Below the pieces are notes generated by a model. It saw nothing but the letters and a program-made list of their open reading frames with translations, had not been told where the DNA came from and did not search any database. A program made the position numbers and the translations under genes. A DNA stretch of 64,000 bases from Candidatus Magasanikbacteria bacterium RIFOXYD2_FULL_41_14. Lineage in GTDB: Bacteria > Patescibacteriota > Patescibacteriia > Magasanikbacterales > GWA2-37-8. The stretch lies in assembly GCA_001784475.1 (NCBI GenBank), contig MFRE01000022.1:44234-108233 (forward strand), written 5' to 3'. The stretch's first letter is position 1. Each line of letters opens with the position of its first letter. Positions 54,839-63,914 of this stretch are shown one piece after another.

Positions 54839-55540
54839 TTAAGTTAATAATTGTTTAAGAAGTGTTATAGCCTCGCTATTCATTATACCAATTTTTTCGT
54901 TTCCGTTCAAATGGTGGACAACGGTGCCACGGTCGGCGAAGAATTTTTGATACTCTGGGGATAGAAAGATGCCCGACTCTTTTTTCAAATTTTCTAATTG
55001 CTCATAGAAGCTATTGTCATTTTTTCCGCTCCGTCCTTGTAGTCGTTTGACACTTTCTAATGGGTCGGTATTGACTATAACCAAGTGATCGGGGCGAAAT
55101 TCAAGCGCCAGTTTGTTGCCGGACAAAATCGCATTTTCTTCAAATGGCACGGCGTTATCAATTGATTGATAGCAGATGGAGCTGGATACGCCCCGATCTT
55201 GAATTATAACGCGGTTGTCACGGAGTAGGGGGATTATCATTTTGGTATAAAGGACGAGTCGGTCCAAAGAATAGGCCTCGGCCAACGCGCGAATTGGATA
55301 GTTGGTTCCTTTTTTTATCAGTTCATCACGGATAACTTTGCCAATGCCGGCAAAGGTTGGTTCAGCGGAAAAAATAAAATCATACTTGCTTGGTTCGGAT
55401 AATTCTGGGAATTGCCCGGTATCTTTAATATACTTTTTTAAATCAAAAATCGCGTTGCCTTGGTCAGACAAATATTTTTTCCAGCTCTCAATGATTGTGC
55501 CTTTGCCAGAGCCATCAATGCCGTCTACCATTATTAACAT
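54839..55540 (-). CDS. tmk: Thymidylate kinase
   Basis: DGIDGSGKGT, EPT, LDR, IIQDRGVSSSICYQ. Confidence 0.9.
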   Translation of the reverse strand: MLIMVDGIDGSGKGTIIESWKKYLSDQGNAIFDLKKYIKDTGQFPELSEPSKYDFIFSAEPTFAGIGKVIRDELIKKGTNYPIRALAEAYSLDRLVLYTKMIIPLLRDNRVIIQDRGVSSSICYQSIDNAVPFEENAILSGNKLALEFRPDHLVIVNTDPLESVKRLQGRSGKNDNSFYEQLENLKKESGIFLSPEYQKFFADRGTVVHHLNGNEKIGIMNSEAITLLKQLLT

Positions 55541-55607
55541 ATTTAAATTGCAGATTTATGATTTTAGATTCTTGATATGTAATTAGTTATTTTTCTGAAT
55601 TATTAAT

Positions 55608-56078
55608 TTATTTCTTATAAATTACAAAATCAAAGCCATCGTGTGATTCGCGCCAGGTTTCTTTCCAGATGTTCTTATTAATTTCAGGGAAAAATGTGTC
55701 GCCCTCTGGTGACATGTGCACGAGAGTGATATAAAGCGTGTTCACGCGGTCAATGGTTTGGCGGTAGATGCTTGCGCCTCCGCAAATAAACACATCTTCG
55801 TCTTTTAATTTATTAAAAATATCGTCTAGCGATGTAAATTGACGCACGTTCTCAGGTAAACTAGGTACTAATTCACGAGTTATCACAACAGTTTTTCTGC
55901 CTGGTAGCGGTTTGCCAATATAACTGACAATTGATTCGTAAGTTATCAAACCCATAACGCAAGTTTTACCCAAAGTCGTATTTTTAAAATAGGCAAAATC
56001 TTCGGGAATATTCCAAGGAATTTTATTATTCTTGCCAATACAATTGTTGTCGGCCACGGCGGCGATGAGGGAAAACAT
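55608..56078 (-). CDS. folA: Dihydrofolate reductase
   Basis: IGKNNKIPW..ED, PLPGR, ICGGA, GDTFFP; start 56078. Confidence 0.95.
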   Translation of the reverse strand: MFSLIAAVADNNCIGKNNKIPWNIPEDFAYFKNTTLGKTCVMGLITYESIVSYIGKPLPGRKTVVITRELVPSLPENVRQFTSLDDIFNKLKDEDVFICGGASIYRQTIDRVNTLYITLVHMSPEGDTFFPEINKNIWKETWRESHDGFDFVIYKK

Positions 56079-56097
56079 AATGATAATTTCAAAATCC

Positions 56098-56315
56098 AAA
56101 TTTCCAATTTCCAATCAATGTCAAAGCTCAAATTTTCGTTGTCATCCCGACCGTAGTGGAGGGATCCCTTAACGCCATCATTTTACGTATTAACTAATTT
56201 AAGGGATTCTTCCCCGACGCAAGGTCGGGATAAACTGTTACACTCAGAATGACAATTTGTTATTTGATCTTTGAAATTTGGGTTTGATTTGACATTGATT
56301 GGAAATTGGAAATTT
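56098..56315. repeat. Nested composite element: 28-bp perfect inverted repeats enclosing a REP-like element
   Basis: 56098-56125 and 56288-56315 are exact reverse complements; TGTCATCCCG..GAATGACA inside (56140-56254). Confidence 0.88.
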
Positions 56316-56345
56316 TACATTAATAATATTTATTTTAATTGAGTT

Positions 56346-57218
56346 CTACACTGCTATTGGAAATGAAATTTTTGGATGGCTCTGGTAATTCATCAATTCC
56401 GTATCCGCATATTGCCAATCAAAAATATTGGTGAACTTATCGGTTTTAATTTGAGGTAGGTGATATGTGTTCGGGTCACGGGCTAATTGTTCGCGTGCGC
56501 CTTCCATATGGTTGGAATAAATATGCACGTCCGCCAAAAATCCCACTAGTTTGCCTTCTTTTAGGCCAGTTTCTTTGGCAAGCAGATGCAACAAAGTTGC
56601 ATATGAAGCAATGTTAAATGGCAGTCCAAGCATCGTGTCAACCGAGCGTTGGTTCCAGAGTAAATTCAGTCGGCCTTTAATTACTGTCACCTGAAAACAA
56701 TAGTGGCAAGGTGGTAAAGCCATTTCCGAGATTTTGGATGGGTTCCAGGCCGAAACAATCATTCGACGGTCAGTGGGATTGGATTTAATTTTCTCCACTA
56801 GGTTGTTAAATTGATCAATACCTTGGCCGGAATAGTCGGTGTCGTAAGAAATATAGTCAGCATTGAAATGTCGCCATTGAAAACCATAAATTGGTCCGAG
56901 GTCGCGTTCTTCGGCCATTTTTTGTTTAGTTTCTTCATCATGGGCATAAGGAACTTTTTTTGGATTACACCACTCGTCCCAAATATGGCAATTTCGTTCT
57001 TTTAGCCATTCTTTGTCGGTAAGCCCTTTGATAAAAAATTCTAATTCGGAAGTTATAACTTTAAATGGCATTTTTTTGGTAGTCAAAAGCGGAAAGCCGG
57101 CTGCCATGTCATGTTCAAACATTGCGCCAGCAATTGCCAAAGTGCCGGTACCAGTGCGATCATCTTTTTGTTCGCCTTTTTCCAAAATTGTTTTGACGAT
57201 GTTTAGGTATGATTGCAT
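56346..57218 (-). CDS. thyA: Thymidylate synthase
   Basis: DRTGTG, FPLLTTK, LGPIYGFQWR, MALPPCH, QRSVD, PFNIASY; start 57218. Confidence 0.97.
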   Translation of the reverse strand: MQSYLNIVKTILEKGEQKDDRTGTGTLAIAGAMFEHDMAAGFPLLTTKKMPFKVITSELEFFIKGLTDKEWLKERNCHIWDEWCNPKKVPYAHDEETKQKMAEERDLGPIYGFQWRHFNADYISYDTDYSGQGIDQFNNLVEKIKSNPTDRRMIVSAWNPSKISEMALPPCHYCFQVTVIKGRLNLLWNQRSVDTMLGLPFNIASYATLLHLLAKETGLKEGKLVGFLADVHIYSNHMEGAREQLARDPNTYHLPQIKTDKFTNIFDWQYADTELMNYQSHPKISFPIAV

Positions 57219-57235
57219 ATATTTATTTTGTTTAC

Positions 57236-57312
57236 TGTCATTTCGGACTAGATCCGAAATCCAGTCGTTGTTTTTATTGACCGCTGGATCCCCGATCAAG
57301 TCGGGGATGACA
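57236..57312. repeat. REP/RPE-like element
   Basis: TGTCATTTCGGACTAGATCCGAAATCCA..TGGATCCCCGATCAAGTCGGGGATGACA. Confidence 0.88.
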
Positions 57313-57329
57313 GTTGAATCTTGCGATGT

Positions 57330-57752
57330 TTATTTTCCTGTACTTCCGAAACTTCCTAGCCCGCGGGATGCTTCTGATAATTCCCCAACCTCTTGAAGTT
57401 TGGCGATAGCCACAGGATAAATTATCAATTGCGCGATTTTATGGCCGGTTTCAATTTTATATGGTTCTTGGCCTAAATTTATCAGTTGTACATTGTATTC
57501 ACCGCGATAGCCAGCGTCAAATACTCCGCCCATTGTATGAATGCCGCCGTTTTTTGGTAAAGAACTTTTATCTTTCACAATCGCCGCGTAGCCGGTTTCA
57601 AACTCCAGCGCAAAACCAATAAAAAAAATTTTTCGTTCGCCTGGTTGTAAATTGTAGTCCTCAAGCGAATACAAATCCATGCCCACATCACCTGGGTAGG
57701 CGTAGGTGGGTAATATTGCGTCTGGTTTTAAGCGTTTAATTTTAACTTGCAT
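57330..57752 (-). CDS. dut: dUTP diphosphatase
   Basis: GMDL, GVFDAGYRGE, KIAQL, RGLGSFGSTG. Confidence 0.96.
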   Translation of the reverse strand: MQVKIKRLKPDAILPTYAYPGDVGMDLYSLEDYNLQPGERKIFFIGFALEFETGYAAIVKDKSSLPKNGGIHTMGGVFDAGYRGEYNVQLINLGQEPYKIETGHKIAQLIIYPVAIAKLQEVGELSEASRGLGSFGSTGK

Positions 57753-58296
57753 ATTTTTTGACCAGCGCGTCCAACTGGGCGTGTAGATTTTCCATTGAGC
57801 CGTTATTATCGATGTGTTCGGTCGCGTGTTTTACTACGTCTAATATGCTCAATTCCGTAGAACGTTTATGGTCCTCTAAAAATTGTTCGTAAGTTTTGGT
57901 GTTGTCGTCTGAATTTTCACCACGTTTTGTCAGTCGTTCGTAACGAGTTTTTGGTTCGGCAAAAATTTCTATTAAGACAAAATTTGGTAATTGTGATAAA
58001 TATTCAATATCAGCCATTCGACGGATTCCTTCCACCACCACTAAATTATTGGTAGCGGCTTGCGCGTCGCCGGCAATGGCTTTGGCCAAGGTATTTTCAC
58101 CAAAAGTTGTGCGGATACATTCCGACATTTTAATCAAAAAATCACGCGATTGTTCCAGATAAATGCGATTTAGCAGGTCGCGCAAAATTGTGGAATAGCG
58201 GAAAGTATCGGCTTGATATTTTGTTTCTAAATATTTTGCCACCGTGCCCTTACCGCTTGATAGTAATCCGGTAAATCCTAAAATTATTTTATTCAT
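57742..58296 (-). CDS. P-loop nucleoside monophosphate kinase-like (dephospho-CoA kinase-like)
   Basis: GLLSSGKGT, VEGIR, IDNNGS. Confidence 0.8.
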   Translation of the reverse strand: MNKIILGFTGLLSSGKGTVAKYLETKYQADTFRYSTILRDLLNRIYLEQSRDFLIKMSECIRTTFGENTLAKAIAGDAQAATNNLVVVEGIRRMADIEYLSQLPNFVLIEIFAEPKTRYERLTKRGENSDDNTKTYEQFLEDHKRSTELSILDVVKHATEHIDNNGSMENLHAQLDALVKKYAS

Positions 58297-58302
58297 AAAT
58301 TT

Positions 58303-58773
58303 TTATTTAGCCCAATCCGACACATACTGTCGGCATTTAATTCCGGCGGCGTCAAACAACCGGCGGGCGGCGGTAAACGCATCCACCCCGTGGTATTTAT
58401 CGCTTTCAAAGATCACTTCAGTAATGCCGTTTTGAATGATGGTTTTAGCGCATTCGTTGCAAGGATAGAGACAAGAATATACCCGCCCGCCTTTGACCGA
58501 CATGTTGGCGTTATAAATCGCATTTTCTTCCGCGTGGCACATGTAGGCATATTTGGTCTCTAAAAATCCACCTTCGCGTTCCCAAGGGAGCTGGTCGGCT
58601 TCAATTCCGCGCGGAAATCCATTGTAGCCCATGCCAAGTACAACATTGTTCGTGTCAACAACCACAGCACCCACTTGTGAAGAAGGGTCTTTGGAGCGTT
58701 CGGCAATCACATGCGCCATGCGCATAAAACATTCATCCCAAGAAATAGTATTTTCACGAGGAGAAATAGTCAT
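58303..58773 (-). CDS. dCMP deaminase
   Basis: RSKDPSSQVGA, GYNG, HAEENAI, PCNEC. Confidence 0.95.
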   Translation of the reverse strand: MTISPRENTISWDECFMRMAHVIAERSKDPSSQVGAVVVDTNNVVLGMGYNGFPRGIEADQLPWEREGGFLETKYAYMCHAEENAIYNANMSVKGGRVYSCLYPCNECAKTIIQNGITEVIFESDKYHGVDAFTAARRLFDAAGIKCRQYVSDWAK

Positions 58774-58806
58774 AAAACTTGTTTAGTTTAATAATGAAAT
58801 TGTATC

Positions 58807-58840
58807 AAAAAACCGCCATTGGGGCAAGGGGCGGTTTTTA
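58807..58840 (-). terminator. Intrinsic terminator
   Basis: AAAAACCGCC..GGCGGTTTTT. Confidence 0.65.
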
Positions 58841-58857
58841 AAGTAGATAAAATGGAA

Positions 58858-59940
58858 TTATAGTGATACTTTTATCAAGCCGTTATTAGCATTTAGTTTT
58901 ATTGTCACCCCATTTTTTATTTTGCTTTTTTCAATTTCTGGGCAAATAATGTAAGGTTTTTTTAGTTCACGAGCGATAATTGACATATGCGAAAGACAGT
59001 TGCCATTTTTGGTGATAACACCGGCTGCTTTTCTTAGGAAAGGCAAATGTTTTAATGTCATGAGTGGGCATACTAATATGTCATTTTTGTTAATTGAATC
59101 TTTGCTGGGATCTTTGATGGTTCTTTTTTTTCCGATTGCGACTCCTGGGCTGGCGCTAGTTCCACTAAGATAAATTGATTTTTCTTTTGGGATTTGTGTG
59201 TAAGTAAAAACTTTTTTTATTTCTCTATCGTAATCATTTAAAATAAATTTGTTATTGGTATAAATTCTGAATTCAAAGTATCCCTCAATATATTTTTTTT
59301 GATTAAATTTAATGTGCGATTTTTTTAGAAGATTTCTTTTTGAAATACTATTCGCCTGGAGACGTTGTGCGATTCTCATCACCCGTTTTTTTTCTATCAG
59401 TGGGATGTTTTGAGAAAAATACCATTTTTTAAAGTTGTAAATAAAATATGTCGGTTTATGATTTTGCGTTCCATAAATTAGTTGCCACAAATCGCCGCTG
59501 ATTATTTCCCCAACTATTTGGTTCTTTGTTATTACGATAATGCCGGAATAAGCAATTTTATGATAGGGGAATATATGTAGCGGGCCGTAGTTTTTGGATG
59601 TTATATTTTGTTTTTTAATCCAAAGCAAAGCTTCTTTAACTGTTTTTTGTCTAGCGCGTTTTTTGTAAAAGTTTTTTTTGTTTGGAAGTATTCGCCAGTC
59701 AAATATTTTTGTTTTCTTTATCTTCTCTAATATTTTTGGATTGTTTATAAAAGTCTCCAGTTCTATTTTAAGGCAGTGTTTACACTCAAACCCTAAAATT
59801 TTTGACAGTTTTTCCAGTCGAATTTCTTTAGTGCGATCTTCATACTCAATCGACTTGGCCCGTTTACTGCCAATAATTTTAAATAATTCTGTTAAAGGCG
59901 GTATTGACTCTCTGAGAATTTTTTCAGGCGTTAATTTCAT
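58858..59940 (-). CDS. Protein with C-terminal PEP-utilising mobile (phospho-His) domain
   Basis: GTSASPGVAIG, DILVC, AAGVIT, LSHMSIIAREL. Confidence 0.8.
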   Translation of the reverse strand: MKLTPEKILRESIPPLTELFKIIGSKRAKSIEYEDRTKEIRLEKLSKILGFECKHCLKIELETFINNPKILEKIKKTKIFDWRILPNKKNFYKKRARQKTVKEALLWIKKQNITSKNYGPLHIFPYHKIAYSGIIVITKNQIVGEIISGDLWQLIYGTQNHKPTYFIYNFKKWYFSQNIPLIEKKRVMRIAQRLQANSISKRNLLKKSHIKFNQKKYIEGYFEFRIYTNNKFILNDYDREIKKVFTYTQIPKEKSIYLSGTSASPGVAIGKKRTIKDPSKDSINKNDILVCPLMTLKHLPFLRKAAGVITKNGNCLSHMSIIARELKKPYIICPEIEKSKIKNGVTIKLNANNGLIKVSL

Positions 59941-60965
59941 ATTTTATGCAAAATTGTCATGTGTTTCTCTGTTTCTTTGATTATTTTTCTGGCGTTGGCT
60001 ATTGTATAGGCAGGGCGTCTGCCGAAAGCTGTTTCGTGGCATAGCATTATGCCGTCAACACCAGCCATTACCATGTTAGTCAAGTCGGATATTTCTGATC
60101 GATTAGGTATATATGAATTTATCGTACTGTCTAATATTTGAGTAGAGATTATTATTTTTTTTTGTTTTTTCTTGATCAAGCTAATTATATTTTTTTGTAG
60201 TATTCCCATTTGTTCAAATGGTACACTGACACCGACATCGCCTCTTTCCCACAATATCATAGAGTAATTATTATCATCACAGATGGTATCTAATTCTTCC
60301 GAAGTAATTTTTTTGGTAATCTTGATAATTATTTTTATGTGTTCTTTGTTCGGAATCATTGCTTTTAGCGCTTCATTAATTTTGAGGTTAAAAAATGGAA
60401 TCGCGATGTAGTTTGGGCGTGTATCTAAGGCCAAAGGAACAGTTTTTTGGTAAAAATTCAAAATATGTTTTTCATCCAGATATTGAAAGCCAAAGATATT
60501 AAATGGTTTTTTGAAAAAAATCGTTCCCGTATTTAATATTTTAGCTTTCACTGTGTCTTGGTCGATAATGTTAATTATTTGTATGGCTATTTCTCCATCG
60601 CCAATAGTTATTGTCTGATTAAGTTTAACAATTTCTCCCAGCCTGGCCACATTAACAGGGACGAACTCATTGCAATCCATTGTGTGGCTTGCTGATTTAA
60701 ACAAAAATTCTTCATTTTCTTGGACGGCGAACGACTTTGTTTCAAAATCTCCCAAACGCGGTTTTAACGCGGGAAGATCAATTAAAATTTTAGTATCGGC
60801 ATTAAGGCTATAAATTATCTCTTGGCTGTTTTTAATATTGGTTCTATTTTCTTCTAATGTTCGATAAGCAAAATTATACCTAAGAACATCAGCTCCGGCG
60901 AGAATTATTTTTTTTATTTTATCTTCAGATAGCGAGTTGACCCCGAGTGAGGCAATTATAAGCAT
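59937..60965 (-). CDS. Pyruvate kinase-like protein (divergent, no C domain)
   Basis: IIASLG, RGDVG, STQILDS, PNRSEISD, DGIML..ETA.G. Confidence 0.82.
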   Translation of the reverse strand: MLIIASLGVNSLSEDKIKKIILAGADVLRYNFAYRTLEENRTNIKNSQEIIYSLNADTKILIDLPALKPRLGDFETKSFAVQENEEFLFKSASHTMDCNEFVPVNVARLGEIVKLNQTITIGDGEIAIQIINIIDQDTVKAKILNTGTIFFKKPFNIFGFQYLDEKHILNFYQKTVPLALDTRPNYIAIPFFNLKINEALKAMIPNKEHIKIIIKITKKITSEELDTICDDNNYSMILWERGDVGVSVPFEQMGILQKNIISLIKKKQKKIIISTQILDSTINSYIPNRSEISDLTNMVMAGVDGIMLCHETAFGRRPAYTIANARKIIKETEKHMTILHKI

Positions 60966-60978
60966 GCTGTTATGCTTA

Positions 60979-61003
60979 AAACACCCCTGTAAGAAGGGGT
61001 GTT
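60979..61003 (-). terminator. Terminator after rplA
   Basis: AACACCCCT/AGGGGTGTT. Confidence 0.7.
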
Positions 61004-61014
61004 AAGTTTATTAA

Positions 61015-61689
61015 CTATTGAGCGACTTTGATGGCTGGACCCATTGTAGTACACAAGGACAAGCTTTGAATGTAAGTGCCCTTAGCAGTGGCCGGCTTGG
61101 CCTTGTTTAAAGTTTCCAGAAAGGCCGTCAAGTTTTCTTTAAGTTGTGTTGGTGTAAAACTTACCCGACCAACGAGCTGATGAATATTAGCTCCGTCGTC
61201 GTTTTTAAAGGTTACTTTTCCTTTTTTTAATTCTTCAATCATTTTTTTCAGATTCGGTCCGACAGTTTCAGTTTTCGGATTAGGCATCAAACCTTTCGGG
61301 CCAAGCACTTTGGCGGCTACGGCTAATTTCGGCATCATATCTGGGGTAGTAACAGCGATTTCAAAATTTATTTTACCGGTGTCTTTGATTTTTTTAATGT
61401 CTTCTTCGCCATAAACGAAATCTGCGCCCGCTTCTTTGGCTTCTTTTTCTTTATCCGCGCTGACAAAAGCGGCGACTGTTTTGGTTTTACCAGTTCCGTG
61501 TGGTAATACCACGGTCGCGCGTACCTGTTGTTCACCTTTTTTGGTGTCAATGCCCAAATGAGCATGTACCTCAATACCAGCGTCAAATTTGACTCCGGAA
61601 GTTTCCTGGGCGAGTTTAATCGCCTCATCTAAACTATAAACCTTGTCCTTCTCCACTTTGGAGGCAAAACCTTGCAGTCTTTTTCCCAT
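61015..61689 (-). CDS. rplA: 50S ribosomal protein L1
   Basis: KFDAGIE, LPHGTGK, LGPKGLMPNPK, TTMGP. Confidence 0.98.
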   Translation of the reverse strand: MGKRLQGFASKVEKDKVYSLDEAIKLAQETSGVKFDAGIEVHAHLGIDTKKGEQQVRATVVLPHGTGKTKTVAAFVSADKEKEAKEAGADFVYGEEDIKKIKDTGKINFEIAVTTPDMMPKLAVAAKVLGPKGLMPNPKTETVGPNLKKMIEELKKGKVTFKNDDGANIHQLVGRVSFTPTQLKENLTAFLETLNKAKPATAKGTYIQSLSLCTTMGPAIKVAQ

Positions 61690-61702
61690 ACGATTTAATT
61701 TT

Positions 61703-61752
61703 CAGTGGTACAAACTCCAGCCCGCCGGATGGCGGGGGCCAGATCCCACCTG
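61703..61752 (-). promoter_or_regulatory. Putative L1-binding autoregulatory leader
   Basis: Minus strand CAGGTGGGATC...GTACCACTG resembles GUGGGA..ACCAC L1 sites; promoter TTGACA-17-TAAAAT at 61796-61768. Confidence 0.55.
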
Positions 61753-61914
61753 TAATAAGTATATAGGATTTTAGCTCATTTTACGATTTTTGTCAAGCCC
61801 TTGGTGTAGTCAGGGGGCTTGACAAAATGGCCAATTTGTGCATATTCGCCCGCGCTAAACTGCCCCAAACGCCAAAGCTTGGCTTTTGGAAACAAAGGTG
61901 GTAGAATAAGGCCT

Positions 61915-63192
61915 ATGGAACGCATAGTACAACTAACAATTGAAAAAATGGTATTTGGCGGGCAAGGCCTGGCGCGCTTAAATGGCAAGGCCTATTTTGT
62001 TTGGAATGCTTTGCCAGGTGAGGTAGTGGAGGCGCGCTTAATCAAAAGCAAGAAGGATTACTGTGAGGCGCAAGCTATTAGAATTTTGTCGCCTTCGCCT
62101 GACCGGATTGAACCTTTGGAAGCCCACTATTTATCGTGCAGTCCTTGGCAAGTAGCGGTTTGGGATAAAGAAAATGAGTGGAAGCAGTTGATGTCCATTG
62201 AAACTTATCGCAAGGTAGGTGGTTTGGATTTAACGCCGGATATATTTTATCTGGATGAATTTCAAACGGGCTATCGCAACAAAATGGAATATAGCTTTAC
62301 TGATTTGCCGAGTGGCAAGATGTCGTTAGCGTTTTTTAATCGCGGCGAGCACGGCCGCGCCGCCCATGAGGGGTGTATGTTGGCTGATCCGGCGATTAAC
62401 GAAGTAGCCGAAAAAATACTAAAGTGGGTTAATAAATATAAAATTCCTTACCGCTCTTTAAAAAGTTTGATTGTACGTTCTAATAATTTGGGCGAAACTA
62501 TCGCTGGATTATTTATTAAAGACCGGCTGGATTTTAAAGACTATCCGGAGTTAACGAAAAAGTTTTTAGGTTTTCAAATATATTTTTCTATTTATAACTC
62601 TCCAGCATCAGTGCCGACTGAATCGCTTTACCAAAGTGGTCAGGATTTTTTGACCGCACAAATTTTGGGGACAAAATTAAAGTTTGGCTTGTTAAGTTTT
62701 TTTCAGGTGCATATTCCTGTTTTTGAAAAAGCCTTGGCTGATATGAATGAGTGGGTGGAAAAAGGGGATACAGCCGTGGATTTTTATTCGGGCGTCGGGG
62801 CGATTAGTTTGCCTTTGCGCGACAAGTTGGCCGGGGCAATTTTAGTGGATAACAATAGTGAGGCAATAGAATACGCCAAATTAAATATTAAATTAAATAA
62901 GGCGAAAAATTTTTCAGCTGAGTGTGTGCCGGCGGAAAAAATAACAGAACTAATTGAGTCCGATAAAGTTTTAATTTTGGATCCACCTCGGGCGGGGTTG
63001 CATCAAGATGTGACCGCAAAAATTTTAGCAGAAAAACCAAAAAAGATTTTATATTTGTCTTGTAATTTATCCACACAGGCGCGTGATTTAAAGGCGCTCA
63101 CTGCCGGGGGGTACAAAATTAAATTCTCACGACTTTATAATTTCTTCCCGCGCACGCCTCATGTGGAGGGTTTGGTGGTATTGGAGATATAG
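61915..63192 (+). CDS. TRAM-domain RNA m5U methyltransferase (RlmD/TrmA family)
   Basis: ALPGE, YRNKME, SFFQ, DFYSGVG, LDPPRAG, YLSCN, FFPRTPHVE; start 61915. Confidence 0.92.
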   Translation: MERIVQLTIEKMVFGGQGLARLNGKAYFVWNALPGEVVEARLIKSKKDYCEAQAIRILSPSPDRIEPLEAHYLSCSPWQVAVWDKENEWKQLMSIETYRKVGGLDLTPDIFYLDEFQTGYRNKMEYSFTDLPSGKMSLAFFNRGEHGRAAHEGCMLADPAINEVAEKILKWVNKYKIPYRSLKSLIVRSNNLGETIAGLFIKDRLDFKDYPELTKKFLGFQIYFSIYNSPASVPTESLYQSGQDFLTAQILGTKLKFGLLSFFQVHIPVFEKALADMNEWVEKGDTAVDFYSGVGAISLPLRDKLAGAILVDNNSEAIEYAKLNIKLNKAKNFSAECVPAEKITELIESDKVLILDPPRAGLHQDVTAKILAEKPKKILYLSCNLSTQARDLKALTAGGYKIKFSRLYNFFPRTPHVEGLVVLEI

Positions 63193-63208
63193 AAGCACGA
63201 CATTGATT

Positions 63209-63235
63209 GTCATCCCCGTGACAACGGGGATCCAG
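63209..63235. repeat. Half REP-like element
   Basis: TGTCATCCCCGTGACAACGGGGATCCA. Confidence 0.75.
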
Positions 63236-63296
63236 TCGTCTGGTATAATTATTAATTTCAAAATCAAAATTTCTAATGTCAAGTTTGACATTTTTT

Positions 63297-63902
63297 CTAA
63301 AAATTCCCATCTTTTAGGAATTTTTTTGTTGCATTAATTACATCATTCGCATAAGTAATAAACGTGTGAGCGTGGGGAGTGATTATAAATTTTTTGGTAT
63401 TTTTTAGGAGAGCCAATTGCAATGGCACTTTGTGATCATATTTTCCGGCGATAATTCCGTACTCATAATCGGGTTCGGGTAGCGTGTTTGATAAACTAGT
63501 TTCAGCAGTTTTCAGTTGTTTTAAAACTGGTCCGAAGATTAAATGGGCTATTTTAAATTTGCTTAAAATGTCGGCGTATTTTGAACCATGATTAGGTGTG
63601 GCAATCATCACTACCCGACCAACATTTTTTAGTGGGTGGTGAGTTAAAAAATATCGCACGATTATACCGCCCAACGAATAGGTGACAAAATTAATTTTTT
63701 TGGTCGCGTCTGGGCAATTTTTTAGTAGGGAAGTGCTTAAGTATTTTTCCGCGAGTTCTTCCACTGGAGCGCGATAAGATGGGTAGGGAACGTTGATGGC
63801 TGTGTAACCTTCTTTGGCGAGTGCTTTTTCTAAACGGCGCATTGTTCTTGTCGTGCGCCAAAGGCCATGCAATAAGACAGCATAATCTTTTTGGTTTGGC
63901 AT
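63297..63902 (-). CDS. Alpha/beta hydrolase (lipase/esterase-like)
   Basis: LLHGL, TYSLGG, ATPNHGS, IIAG, HTF. Confidence 0.88.
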   Translation of the reverse strand: MPNQKDYAVLLHGLWRTTRTMRRLEKALAKEGYTAINVPYPSYRAPVEELAEKYLSTSLLKNCPDATKKINFVTYSLGGIIVRYFLTHHPLKNVGRVVMIATPNHGSKYADILSKFKIAHLIFGPVLKQLKTAETSLSNTLPEPDYEYGIIAGKYDHKVPLQLALLKNTKKFIITPHAHTFITYANDVINATKKFLKDGNF

Positions 63903-63914
63903 ATTACTGTTTTT

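Noticed and set aside
5758-63076. DnaA boxes (5758, 23400, 39811, 63068) as oriC
   Set aside because: Isolated single boxes, three inside CDSs, no cluster.
61915-63192. RlmD-like protein lacking the Fe-S cysteine motif
   Set aside because: Cluster-less members of this family are already known.
8105-63235. CRISPR array or integron attC cassettes from the repeats
   Set aside because: No regularly spaced direct repeats; elements flank core genes, lack GTTRRRY ends, and no cas gene or integrase is present.
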